NCBI GenBank assembly: GCA_964009815.1
Contig: CAXGJQ010000001.1
Span: forward strand, 5,332 to 69,331
Length of the DNA stretch: 64,000 nucleotides
DNA from: an uncultured Candidatus Poseidoniales archaeon
Lineage (GTDB): Archaea > Thermoplasmatota > Poseidoniia > Poseidoniales > Poseidoniaceae
Direction of reading: 5' to 3'
Part shown: piece after piece, positions 28,755 to 38,574 of the stretch
Layout of the letters: each line of letters starts with the position of its first letter
How positions within the stretch are numbered: position 1 is the stretch's first letter
Made by a program: the position numbers and the translations under genes
The notes under the pieces: generated by a model
What the model was told of the DNA's origin: nothing
Seen by the model: the letters and a program-made list of their open reading frames with translations, nothing else
Databases searched by the model: none

Positions 28755-30272
28755 TCACTCATCCAACGAACGTAGAGCATCGCCAAGCTCTGGAAGATTG
28801 TCAGGCGCTTCCATCTGAGAAACATGAACGGGTCGTTGTTCGCTGACCGGTGGTTCACCTTCTCCAGCCAGCCACGCCTGCCAGGCTTCGCTGCGCTCAG
28901 CACGGCGAAGGGAGAGCGGTTTCCAAAGCGGCTCCAAATCTGCGCCGGCATCGTACAATGCTTTGATTTGCGGAGCAAAATGCTCCGGTGCAACTTCTTC
29001 CATGCGCAACATGAGTTCACGCAGACGGGTGCGGACGACTTCGTCGCCGTCTTTCCAAAGGTCGTGAAAAACGCCTCGACTATCCGTGGGGTCGTGTTCA
29101 ATGTACTCGCGCAGGTTGGGCACAAGGTTTCGACGAACAATGGCGAGAGGATGATTGGCCAGTTGCTGAAGACGGTCGGCCCACTGTTCTTTGTCGAGAT
29201 ACTTGACGTCACCGACCGTGGCGCTAGCGGCGGCCAGTACGCCCTCATCCTCGGACGCTAACATGGCGTCCAAAAACGGGAGCGCGTCCCATGTGAGGCG
29301 GCGAAAAAGGCGGGTGAGTACGTCAGCCATCGCCCGCTGAACCAACGTCTCCTCACGCTCGTGGAGACGCAAGGCCAGTTGGTGACCAAAGTCTCGGTCG
29401 GCCTCGATGGCTTTGGCCAAGCAGAGGGTCACCTTGTTGGCCACCTCGGCGACCGGGTCGGAGGCTCTTCGCAGAAGAATTTCTTTGAGGCCGAGCGGTT
29501 CAATGAGGGGTTTTCGCTCCAAAAGAAGGCGAACCCATTCGAGCAGCAAGAGGCGGCGGTCCAAGTCGCCGCCCTCGAGGCGTTCAAGGAGCCAACGAGC
29601 CGCAGCGACACCATGGTCATGCGCCACCACCGTACTGGACATGCGAGGCACGACGGCGTGAGCGTTCCAGTCCATGTGTTGAGGCCCTGCGTCGGGTTGA
29701 GTGTGCCAAGTACCAGGCCGTTCAGCCAACGCGATCGATTCCACGAGATGGTAGCCTTGGTGAACCGGTTGGCCGTAAGGTACGGTGGCCAAACCGTTGA
29801 TCAAAGCGATGCTGAGCCACCAACGGTCGGTATTGGGGGCGTGTGGGTCAAAGGCTTGGGCCAGCCAATCGGTGGCGATGTGAAACAGCAAGCGGTGAGC
29901 CACATCGTCCATTCTTCGACCCAACCACTTTTGATGAATTTCAAACGGGTCATCGCTCAAATTCATCCGATGTGGGACGATGAGGTCAACAACGGTGTTG
30001 AGATGCCGGTCGAACATGCCGCGGTCAATGTTGAGGATGCCGAGTCCTTCTTCGAACAAACGATGAGGAGAAGTGGGGGGAATGGGGGGGAAATCGGGGT
30101 CGGACATCGGCGGCTCTGGTAGCGGCCACGCTTCAGTGCCGCGTTCAAGGGCTTCAACAAGCCCCGTTGCCACACGCTCAAACGCTGCATCGGAGATTTT
30201 GGTTCGGCTCTTGCTCACGCTGTTGACCTCCAAATACCATCGGGAGAACGTAGACTCAAATGTCCAGTTCAA
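28755..30272 (-). CDS. Hypothetical alpha-helical repeat protein (505 aa)
   Basis: Long ORF with Leu/Arg-rich helical repeats. No enzyme motif recognised. Confidence 0.4.
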   Translation of the reverse strand: MNWTFESTFSRWYLEVNSVSKSRTKISDAAFERVATGLVEALERGTEAWPLPEPPMSDPDFPPIPPTSPHRLFEEGLGILNIDRGMFDRHLNTVVDLIVPHRMNLSDDPFEIHQKWLGRRMDDVAHRLLFHIATDWLAQAFDPHAPNTDRWWLSIALINGLATVPYGQPVHQGYHLVESIALAERPGTWHTQPDAGPQHMDWNAHAVVPRMSSTVVAHDHGVAAARWLLERLEGGDLDRRLLLLEWVRLLLERKPLIEPLGLKEILLRRASDPVAEVANKVTLCLAKAIEADRDFGHQLALRLHEREETLVQRAMADVLTRLFRRLTWDALPFLDAMLASEDEGVLAAASATVGDVKYLDKEQWADRLQQLANHPLAIVRRNLVPNLREYIEHDPTDSRGVFHDLWKDGDEVVRTRLRELMLRMEEVAPEHFAPQIKALYDAGADLEPLWKPLSLRRAERSEAWQAWLAGEGEPPVSEQRPVHVSQMEAPDNLPELGDALRSLDE

Positions 30273-31203
30273 TGTTGAGGTTCTGAATCAGTTCCTTGTA
30301 TCGGTTTCGAATGGTGACTTCTGTAACACCAGCGACTTCAGCGACTTCACGCTGCGTGCGGCGCTTTCCACACAGCACCGAGGCGATGTAAATGATGGAT
30401 GCGGCAATACCGGTTGGGCCACGGCCGCTGGTCAATTCCTTTTCTTGGGCGGCTTTGATGAGTTCGTAAGCCTTGGCTTCGACGTCAGCATCAAGACCAA
30501 GTCCCGAACAGAAACGAGAGATGTAATCCTCTGGGCCAGTTGGCATGATCTTCATCTTCAGTTCTCGGACCATGAATCGGTACGTACGTCCGATTTCCTT
30601 GCGGCCGGTACGGGAAGCTTGTCCGATTTCGTCAAGGGTTCGAGGTACGCCACACTGACGGCAAGCCGCATAGAGGGATGCCGCGGCGACACCTTCGATG
30701 GAACGGCCTCGGATCAACCGCTTGTCCACGGCTTTCTTGTAGTTCACAGCTGCAGCCTCACGAACTGACTTGGGGAGTTCCAATCGGCTGGCCATGCGGT
30801 CAAGTTCGGCGAGGGCCATTGCAAGATTGCGTTCAGTGGCGTTGCTCACTCGGCTTCGCTTCTGCCACTTTCGCATGCGGTAAAATTGGGAGCGGTATCG
30901 AGAATTGATGGTCTTCCCGGAGTAATCCTTGTTTTGCCAGTCGATGTCCGTGGACAATCCTTTGTCGTGAAGCATGACGGTCATGGGTGCACCGGTACGG
31001 GCGCGCTGGTCGCCTTGTTCGGGTGAAAAGACACGCCATTCGGCGCCCTGGTCAATGACGTTGTCTTCCAAGACCAATCCACAATCGTCGCAAACGACTT
31101 CGCCACGGGTCTCATCTCTAGAGAGCGATCGGCTTGAGCATTCAGGGCATTTGACAATATCTTCGACTTGTTGTTCATCCATAGTAATCCCACACGTGTT
31201 CAC
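30256..31203 (-). CDS. tfb: Transcription initiation factor IIB (archaeal TFB)
   Basis: N-terminal Zn-ribbon CPECSSRSL...CDDCGLVL, B-reader, two cyclin-fold repeats ([11 protein letters not shown]..., [24 protein letters not shown]). Confidence 0.95.
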   Translation of the reverse strand: MNTCGITMDEQQVEDIVKCPECSSRSLSRDETRGEVVCDDCGLVLEDNVIDQGAEWRVFSPEQGDQRARTGAPMTVMLHDKGLSTDIDWQNKDYSGKTINSRYRSQFYRMRKWQKRSRVSNATERNLAMALAELDRMASRLELPKSVREAAAVNYKKAVDKRLIRGRSIEGVAAASLYAACRQCGVPRTLDEIGQASRTGRKEIGRTYRFMVRELKMKIMPTGPEDYISRFCSGLGLDADVEAKAYELIKAAQEKELTSGRGPTGIAASIIYIASVLCGKRRTQREVAEVAGVTEVTIRNRYKELIQNLNIELDI

Positions 31204-31359
31204 ATCGATGTGCGAACCTATTTAACCCCTTTTGGAATTCGTATATATACTTGATGATTCAATTTATTCTAGAATCATTCGAAGGTCACCTGCTCTGGAA
31301 AAATCGCCTCCCGAACCGATTATGAACGGTTAACCCCTGAACGGAGTTGAGGGGGGGAC
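31204..31359. promoter_or_regulatory. AT-rich divergent promoter region between tfb and the aconitase-family gene, with tatatata TATA element
   Basis: GC drops sharply. The sequence ttttggaattcgtatatatacttgatgattcaatttattctag contains a palindromic TATATATA flanked by purine-rich BRE-like sequences usable in both orientations. Confidence 0.5.
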
Positions 31360-33348
31360 ATGGGGACCAACAAACCGCCGGAACACATCACCCTCACCCC
31401 AGGGAAACGAGTCCTCTTTCTCACCAAAGATTTGGACCTCATCAAACAACAACTCTACGAAGGACTGGATTTGCGAATGGAAGACCTCACGATAGAGGAC
31501 CTCCTTGACGACATCAACACCGACGTGATGACGCCCGCATGGGTGTGTTTCGACCACGACCCGGCTGAAATAGCAAAGAACGCCTATGCAGGTCTCATGC
31601 ACAACGGTCTTCGAGTGTTCCGAGAAAACGCCCTCAAGGACGGAAATTTCGAGGTCATCGTCTCCGGACAGCGAAAAGGCACGGGGTCGAGCCGAGAGAC
31701 CGCTGCCCAATGCGAACGCTGGGCGGGCATTGGCATCGTTATTGCCGCATCATTCGCACCCATCCACGAACGCAACAACATCAACCTCGGCCAGTTGATG
31801 GGGAGCCATGTCATGCTTGAACGGCTCCAAAATGGAGAAGCCATACCGCTCAAGGAATTTACCGGGCAATACGATCCGGTCACTCAACTCATCGTTGAAT
31901 ACGGCGGCCTGTTCCCCTTCGCAAAGGCACTCAAAGCAGGTGAACTTGACCTTGCGCCACTCGACACCCCTCACCAACCGATGACGATGGCTGAACACAT
32001 CATCAGCCGAAACCTCGTCGGGCAGCCTGACGGTCAATGCGTCAAGCCTGGCGACCCCGTCATCGCCCAAGTGCAGGGAGGCTACTCACACGAGTTCACC
32101 ACAGCTCAAGTTCACACCTTCCTGCAAGAGGAATACGGGGCGGATTACGCTCTGCCAAACCCCGGAAAATTTGCTGTTTTTGAAGACCACCTGCTTTACG
32201 CCCATCACAATCCCAAATTTGTGCCTTTCATGCACAAAGTACAGACGCTTCGGGATTTACAAGTGGCGTTTCAACAGCACACGGGCGTTCGCGATTATTC
32301 AGCCGTGGACGGGGTGTCCCCGGGAATATGCCATCAAGTCGCTCGAGAGGAGTTCATTGAAATCGGGGATTTCATCCAAGCCACCGATTCCCACACCTGC
32401 ATGGGCGGAGCCTCAAACGCTTTGACGTGGGGCGTGGGGGCCACCGAATACGCCAATCTCGTCAGTGCTGGATTTACCTTCGTCAAGATTCCTGAGTCCA
32501 TCCGATTTGAACTCGTGGGGAAATTGCACCATGGCTGTACGGCCAAAGACATCATTCTCGCCATTTTAGCCGACCATGCTCGAAAGGAGTTAACGCTGAA
32601 TCGGAGCATGGAATTCGGCGGGCCTGGTCTGGCCTCGCTCTCCATTGACGAACGAGCAACGCTCTGCAACATGGCCACTGAATGCTCGGGGCGAACCGGT
32701 ATCTGTGAAGCCGATGATGCGTTGATGGCATGGATGCTCAAGGCACAGCCTCACCTCGATGAATCCGAACAACGCGCTCGCATGGTCGCCCCCGACGAGG
32801 GAGCAAACTATGACGGCGGAGTCCACACCATCGACCTCTCATCCATTGTACCCATGGTTGCTCATCCAGGAAATCCTGACGAAGGCATTCCAAGCGATCC
32901 GACCAACGGGGCCAACATCGCTGACATCGGAGCGGTGGCCGTTGACATCGCTTACGGCGGCTCATGTACGGCTGGAAAAGAAGATGACATCGCTTACTAT
33001 GCTGAGGTTTGCCAAGCTGCCAAGGATGCTGGACTCACCGTCAAAGAAGGCGTAGATTTCTACATTCAGTACGGCTCAGGCCAAGTCAAAGCACTCGCCG
33101 AACGTATGGGTTGGCATGACCTGTTTCTCGAAGTCGGTGTCAAACTCATTGACCCGGGGTGCGGGGCGTGCATCGGAGCAGGCCCCGGAGTATCCATCAC
33201 ACCCGACCAAGTGACCGTTTCAGCCATCAACCGCAATTTCCAGGGGAGGAGCGGTCCTGGTAAACTCTACCTCGCCAGCCCCTTAACCGTCGCAGCGTCG
33301 GCCTTTACCGGCCACATCAGCATATGGAACCCAGAATTGTTCGCTTAG
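31360..33348 (+). CDS. Aconitase-family hydratase with permuted (swivel-domain-first, AcnB-like) domain order
   Basis: N-terminus has LeuD/swivel motifs (DDINTDVMTPAW; SGQRKGTGSSRETAAQ). The C-terminal 450 aa carry catalytic-domain motifs ATDSHTCMGGA, GGSCTAG, CGACIGAG (Fe-S Cys ligands) and SAINRNFQGRSG. Confidence 0.8.
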   Translation: MGTNKPPEHITLTPGKRVLFLTKDLDLIKQQLYEGLDLRMEDLTIEDLLDDINTDVMTPAWVCFDHDPAEIAKNAYAGLMHNGLRVFRENALKDGNFEVIVSGQRKGTGSSRETAAQCERWAGIGIVIAASFAPIHERNNINLGQLMGSHVMLERLQNGEAIPLKEFTGQYDPVTQLIVEYGGLFPFAKALKAGELDLAPLDTPHQPMTMAEHIISRNLVGQPDGQCVKPGDPVIAQVQGGYSHEFTTAQVHTFLQEEYGADYALPNPGKFAVFEDHLLYAHHNPKFVPFMHKVQTLRDLQVAFQQHTGVRDYSAVDGVSPGICHQVAREEFIEIGDFIQATDSHTCMGGASNALTWGVGATEYANLVSAGFTFVKIPESIRFELVGKLHHGCTAKDIILAILADHARKELTLNRSMEFGGPGLASLSIDERATLCNMATECSGRTGICEADDALMAWMLKAQPHLDESEQRARMVAPDEGANYDGGVHTIDLSSIVPMVAHPGNPDEGIPSDPTNGANIADIGAVAVDIAYGGSCTAGKEDDIAYYAEVCQAAKDAGLTVKEGVDFYIQYGSGQVKALAERMGWHDLFLEVGVKLIDPGCGACIGAGPGVSITPDQVTVSAINRNFQGRSGPGKLYLASPLTVAASAFTGHISIWNPELFA

Positions 33349-33487
33349 CGGATTTCCATTCTGTGTCCGCTTTTTGCCCTTCTTCATCGCGGTTCGCCTG
33401 TGGAGATTATAATCCCTCAAAGAACGGGATGAATATCTGTCGGCCCGACGTCAATGGACGGAGGAGGACCGAGGGAGGTGAACGCCC

Positions 33488-35572
33488 ATGGCAGGCACAG
33501 CAGAACGCATGGCAAAAAATCAGAAGCAGGTCGCAATTTCAGAATTCTTTGAGAAAAACAAGCACTTTCTTGGTTTTGATTCCCTTACCCGCTCCCTCAT
33601 CACGGCCGTCAAAGAAGCGGTTGACAATTCACTTGACGCTTGTGAAGAAGCGCGCATATTGCCCGAAATTCGAGTTCAAATCAACAAGATCGATGACAAA
33701 AAGAACATCATTGAACTGAAGACCGAAGACAACGGCCCTGGCATCCCAAAGCGCAGCATCGAGAAGGTGTTCGGCCAACTCTTGTTCGGTTCCAGATTCC
33801 ACGCGATTCGTCAGTCTCGAGGGCAACAAGGCATCGGAATTACTGGAGTGGTCATGTACAGTCAATTGACGACGGGACGGAAAACCCATGTCCGCTCAAA
33901 AATTGCGACGGAGACCTCGGCAGCCACCGTCGATATTGGTCTTGACACACGCAAAAACAAAGCCACCAAAACCAATGAAGGCCGCGAATTGTGGGAGCGC
34001 CCCGACGGTACGCTGAAAGAACACGGGTTGGAAATCACCTGTAGAATGAAAGCCAAGTACCAGCGAGGAAGACAAAGCGTCTACCAATACCTGCGTATGA
34101 CCAGCATCGTAAACCCTCACGCCGATATCACATTTGTTGACCCGGACGGTGAAGTTCACCACTGGCCAAGAGTCACGGAGCGTCTTCCGCGGAAGGTGGA
34201 AAGCATCAAGCCGCACCCTCACGGAATCCATCTCGGAACCCTGCAACGTATGTGCACCGAATCGACGGACAGTCGAATGACCTCGTTTCTGTACAAGAAT
34301 TTCAGTGGTGTTTCATCTCGTGCAGCCAAACAACTGCTCGAAGCCGCGGGGGTTTTGGAAAAGGCAAAACCAAAATCGATGAAACCCGACCAAATTCGTG
34401 CGCTTCTCGAGGCCTTCCAAGGCGAGCGTTTGCTCAACGATAAAGCGGTCAAATTGCTCAATCCCCCTACCAATTGTTTGTCGCCCATCGAGGAGTTGCT
34501 CATCAAAAAGGGCCTCTCGAAGACCATCGATTCTCGCTTCGTCACCACCATGACGCGCTCGCCCACGGTCTCTCAAGGCAACCCGTATCAAGTGGAAGTC
34601 GGCCTGATCTTTGGAGACGGCATGGCAGCGGACAAGCCCGTTGAAGTGCTCCGATTCGCAAACCGCGTGCCGCTGATGTACCAACAAGGTGGTTGTTTGC
34701 TGACGAAAGCCATTGAATCGGTTGACTGGCGACAATATGGAATGGACCAAGCCGGTGGACGGGGCGTCCCGAAAGGCCCAGCAGCCATTCTGGTCCATCT
34801 GGCAAGCACGAACGTTCAATTCACTTCGGAAGCCAAGGAAGCCCTCGCCGAAAACGGCGAGGTCATGGACGAAGTTCGAAAAGCCATGTTGGAAATGGGA
34901 CGAGGGCTCCGAAAACACCTTGAGAAAAAGAAGAAAATGGTCAAGGTCCAAGAGAAGTTCGAACTGGTGAACGATATCATCCCCGCTATCGCTGAAAAAT
35001 CAGCGGCCATTTTACAACGCCCCGTTCCAGATTTGGCCGGCTCAATCACGAGGATCATGGGAGCGGTTATCGCAGAGAGCACCACGACTTGGAACAAGGA
35101 AACCAAGATGGTGGACATTGCCATCAAGCTGTTCAATTACACTTCGCGTGCTCGCGCCTACACCCTTCTTGCCTCTTGGCCAGAAAGTGCCGGGGCAAGC
35201 ATGGAAAACAACACCACTGGGGGGCGGAAAGAAGCAACAGGGGTTTGGGCGTGGAAACTTGAAACCCTTGACCCAGGCGAAACCTACACCATCACCTATG
35301 CGCTGAATGGATTGGAAAAGGGAGATTGGACGGAAACCGATGTGTTTTATCGAGGCAGTCAAGAAGTCATTGGTGCCTCAAAAATGGATGAAAAACTTCT
35401 GGAAGAAATTCGCCGTCAAGAAGCCAGGGAACAAGGCGAGGAAGAAGAGAGTGGCGAGGAAGAGGTCTCCCTTGAGGATACAGAGGAGAATGACGCCCCC
35501 CCTGAAATCGCTGATGACCAACCAAAGCCCTCGGGTCAACAAACCCTCATGGGGTTCGGGAGTGATGCATGA
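33488..35572 (+). CDS. top6B: DNA topoisomerase VI subunit B (GHKL ATPase) with acidic C-terminal tail
   Basis: Bergerat-fold motifs EAVDNSLDA, EDNGPGIP, GQQGIG, transducer domain. The last about 70 aa are E/D-rich. Confidence 0.9.
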   Translation: MAGTAERMAKNQKQVAISEFFEKNKHFLGFDSLTRSLITAVKEAVDNSLDACEEARILPEIRVQINKIDDKKNIIELKTEDNGPGIPKRSIEKVFGQLLFGSRFHAIRQSRGQQGIGITGVVMYSQLTTGRKTHVRSKIATETSAATVDIGLDTRKNKATKTNEGRELWERPDGTLKEHGLEITCRMKAKYQRGRQSVYQYLRMTSIVNPHADITFVDPDGEVHHWPRVTERLPRKVESIKPHPHGIHLGTLQRMCTESTDSRMTSFLYKNFSGVSSRAAKQLLEAAGVLEKAKPKSMKPDQIRALLEAFQGERLLNDKAVKLLNPPTNCLSPIEELLIKKGLSKTIDSRFVTTMTRSPTVSQGNPYQVEVGLIFGDGMAADKPVEVLRFANRVPLMYQQGGCLLTKAIESVDWRQYGMDQAGGRGVPKGPAAILVHLASTNVQFTSEAKEALAENGEVMDEVRKAMLEMGRGLRKHLEKKKKMVKVQEKFELVNDIIPAIAEKSAAILQRPVPDLAGSITRIMGAVIAESTTTWNKETKMVDIAIKLFNYTSRARAYTLLASWPESAGASMENNTTGGRKEATGVWAWKLETLDPGETYTITYALNGLEKGDWTETDVFYRGSQEVIGASKMDEKLLEEIRRQEAREQGEEEESGEEEVSLEDTEENDAPPEIADDQPKPSGQQTLMGFGSDA

Positions 35573-36669
35573 TGTCCGCCAGCCACACGCCAGAGGAAAC
35601 CAAAATTGCGCTGCACGAAGTTGTCACAGAAATGTACGACAAAATTGTCAAAGGCGAGCCTCCCACCATGACGTTGCCCGTCCGAACCAAAAACAACATT
35701 GGATTTGACAAGTCGCTCGGGGTCTACAAATACGGCAAGAAGCGGTCGATTCGAGATGCTACAAGCCTTGGTTCTGCCAAGCAATTGCTACGAGCCCTTT
35801 ACGTGGTGGAATTTATTGAAGAAATGATCAACACCAACAAATCCTCGACCCTCAGAGAGATGTATTACATCTCGGAGAGTTGGGGCCTTGGAAAGTTCTC
35901 ATCCCAGAACGAATCCAACAATCTCGCTGAAGATTTGGAAGTCGTGACCAAATGCCTTCGTGAAGACTTCAAGCTCCGCCCGGAAGAAGATGGAGCCAGA
36001 ATGATTGGAAACATCACCCTTCAGGAACGCAACCGACGAGGAGAATGGATGCGAATCAACGCTCGCGACGATGTAGGCGACTCTGGATACGGCGTTCCTT
36101 ACAACGTGGAAGAGGAGAAAATTGAGTTGCTTGAGCATGATGTCAAGTTCATCATGGCCATTGAGACCGGTGGTATGTTTGACCGGCTCATCGAAAATGG
36201 CTTCGATGAAGCATACAATTGCGCCCTTGTCCACCTCAAAGGCCAGCCTGCTCGTTCTACACGGCGCATCTTGAAGCGAATGAGTGAGGAATGGGACTTA
36301 CCCGTCGTCGTTTTCCTTGACGGCGACCCGTGGTCGTTCCGAATCTTTGCCTCCATTGCTTACGGAGCCATCAAGACGGCGCACATTTCCGAATACCTCG
36401 CCACCCCAACCGCCACCTACCTCGGCATTACATCGGATGACATTGAGGCCTACGACCTCCCAAGCGACGACCTTTCCTCACGAGACGTTGACGCGTTGAA
36501 GGCTGAACTTTCTGACCCACGGTTCGCCGACGCATGGTGGCAAGAGCAGATCAACATGATGCTGGAACTTGGCAAAAAGGCTGAACAGCAATCGTTGGCC
36601 AAATATGGACTTGATTTCGTCACCGACACCTACCTACCTGAGAAATTGAATGATTTGGGCCTAGCCTGA
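35569..36669 (+). CDS. top6A: DNA topoisomerase VI subunit A (Spo11-like)
   Basis: Winged-helix/CAP region with putative catalytic Tyr (EMYYISE) and Toprim (IMAIETGGMFDRL...FLDGDPWS). The start overlaps the top6B stop (ATGA). Confidence 0.9.
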   Translation: MMSASHTPEETKIALHEVVTEMYDKIVKGEPPTMTLPVRTKNNIGFDKSLGVYKYGKKRSIRDATSLGSAKQLLRALYVVEFIEEMINTNKSSTLREMYYISESWGLGKFSSQNESNNLAEDLEVVTKCLREDFKLRPEEDGARMIGNITLQERNRRGEWMRINARDDVGDSGYGVPYNVEEEKIELLEHDVKFIMAIETGGMFDRLIENGFDEAYNCALVHLKGQPARSTRRILKRMSEEWDLPVVVFLDGDPWSFRIFASIAYGAIKTAHISEYLATPTATYLGITSDDIEAYDLPSDDLSSRDVDALKAELSDPRFADAWWQEQINMMLELGKKAEQQSLAKYGLDFVTDTYLPEKLNDLGLA

Positions 36670-36711
36670 TTTCATCAGCGAGCCTTATGGAGGAAGAGGG
36701 TCTGGAAAGCA

Positions 36712-37758
36712 ATGATGCAAGCACCCGAGCCTGCCAAACGCTCCCCTTGGGGATTTAGGCTTGCTGTGGCCGGCGCCCTCATGCTGTTGATCGGTACCGT
36801 GATGGTGGTCAGCCAATCGGAAACCATCAGCGCTACGATGGACCCGAGGGAACAGCATCACGACAAACCGTACGTTGGAGAAGGGACTTTTCCAACCGGT
36901 GAGCTCACCGACACATGTTACCGGTTTTATCAGCAGGCAGACGACATCGAAATGACCGTTCAACTCTACCGTGTTGAAGGCTCCTCGTTGGTGGGAGATG
37001 CGCTTGAAGAGAGCAAGTGCATGCTCGACTGGCAGGTGATGGCCGCAGACGGAACGACTTTCGCCGAACAAGGTTCATGGCAACTCAACGGAACAGGGAA
37101 GTACGCTTTGGTCACAACGTGTGAAACCAATTGTGAAGAAGCCACGGGGTGGTTGATTTCGGTTGACGCCATCCAATCCGACCTGCTCTCTTCAACATGG
37201 TTGATGGTCGGTGGAGCCATGTGTTGCTTGGGCATTCTCACAACCCCTATCGCACTAACCGTCTATCTCGCCTCAAAACCAAGTCGGGCTCCCCGCGTCA
37301 TGATGGTTGGCCCAGAGGGACAATTAATTCCCATCACTGACGTAAACCCTGACCATCCGACATTGTTCACACAAGCTTCTGAACAAAACGCAAACCAGCC
37401 GACGGTGGCCCCACCATTTGCAGATACAGCCGAACATCAACCGTCAGAAGCATTTGTCGACGGCCTCAACGATGTAGCTGCAGGAACCCTGTTGACCACC
37501 GAACAAGTCTATGCACTCATGCGAGGAGATGTCGAGGGCGCCCAAGAACACACCAAGACCGGTCGATATCAAACCACCACGGCTGAAGACGCCATTCAAG
37601 ATGCTGCTAACGTAGCGGCCATTGCTTCGTGGGATGAAGGCGTGCCACTTGCCGAGCCGCAACCCGTTCAATCAAAACCCCTCACAGCAAAGAGAAACAT
37701 GGACGTTCCTCAATCCGAGAAACCCAGTGAATCGTGGAAGGATTGGGACGAGCAGTAA
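36712..37758 (+). CDS. Hypothetical membrane-anchored protein
   Basis: N-terminal TM (LAVAGALMLLIGTVMVV), Cys-containing ectodomain, second TM (LMVGGAMCCLGILTTPIALTVYL). Confidence 0.4.
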   Translation: MMQAPEPAKRSPWGFRLAVAGALMLLIGTVMVVSQSETISATMDPREQHHDKPYVGEGTFPTGELTDTCYRFYQQADDIEMTVQLYRVEGSSLVGDALEESKCMLDWQVMAADGTTFAEQGSWQLNGTGKYALVTTCETNCEEATGWLISVDAIQSDLLSSTWLMVGGAMCCLGILTTPIALTVYLASKPSRAPRVMMVGPEGQLIPITDVNPDHPTLFTQASEQNANQPTVAPPFADTAEHQPSEAFVDGLNDVAAGTLLTTEQVYALMRGDVEGAQEHTKTGRYQTTTAEDAIQDAANVAAIASWDEGVPLAEPQPVQSKPLTAKRNMDVPQSEKPSESWKDWDEQ

Positions 37759-37803
37759 CTTAACGGTGCGTTCATAGAGGAGGGGGGACTACCCAACCTC
37801 GGG

Positions 37804-38559
37804 TTGAGGAGTATGAACGACATTGACCGAGCACTGTACCTTCTGCAAAACAAAGTTCGTCGCCAAATCTTGGAGCGCTTGGCCCGAGAGCCGCACTACC
37901 CCATGCAATTATCAGAGTTGATCGGTGTAAGTCAACCCGCCGTGGTCAAACATCTCAAAGAACTCGAGAAGGGCGGAATGGTCTCCAAGAACAAGGTTCC
38001 GTCAGAAAAAGGCGGGCCACCACGAACCATTTACGCGGTTGAGCGTGCCATGTCCATTCATGTTGATATCGGTCCAGATTTGTTCCGTTGTGAAGAACGA
38101 AAACTCCCTGCAGGGGGCCCAATGCGATTGTCAACCAACCTGCCAAAGGCCTCCGTTCCTATTGCTGAATCACTGAGCGGGCGTAAAAAAATCGCTGTCG
38201 CAGAAGGTTTGGCGCACATGCGAACCCTGGCTTCGGTTCTCGAAGAGTTGGATGCCCAACGGGATGCATTGATCTCCCTTCACCAACATGTCCGCCAACG
38301 TGTGTCCGCTGCTGTTGAAACGGACTTCGAATCCTACGAGGAACGAAGCATCATCCAAACCATGGTTGAGGCAACAGGAGAGCGCCTTGACCTTACAGCT
38401 CTTGTCCAACAAGAACTGGTTGGCCAAGGCAACGTGGGCGATGTCATCAACACCCTGCGTTCAAGGTTGGAAAAGCAGATTGCTCGAAGGTCTGGACAAG
38501 TCATCGCTGCTCCGCTTGACACCGAGCTCCGATGGTACCTTGGACCGAAGTCCAAGTGA
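37804..38559 (+). CDS. Winged-helix (ArsR/TrmB-like HTH) transcriptional regulator with C-terminal coiled-coil extension
   Basis: RRQILERLAREPHYPMQLSELIGVSQPAVVKHLKELEKGGMV is a classical ArsR-type wHTH. Confidence 0.6.
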   Translation: MRSMNDIDRALYLLQNKVRRQILERLAREPHYPMQLSELIGVSQPAVVKHLKELEKGGMVSKNKVPSEKGGPPRTIYAVERAMSIHVDIGPDLFRCEERKLPAGGPMRLSTNLPKASVPIAESLSGRKKIAVAEGLAHMRTLASVLEELDAQRDALISLHQHVRQRVSAAVETDFESYEERSIIQTMVEATGERLDLTALVQQELVGQGNVGDVINTLRSRLEKQIARRSGQVIAAPLDTELRWYLGPKSK

Positions 38560-38574
38560 ATTCATCAAAGCAAA

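Noticed and set aside
33324-33719. 131-aa ORF spanning the aconitase/top6B intergenic region
   Set aside because: It overlaps the start of top6B in another frame and has no coding signal beyond chance length. The intergenic region more likely holds the top6BA promoter.
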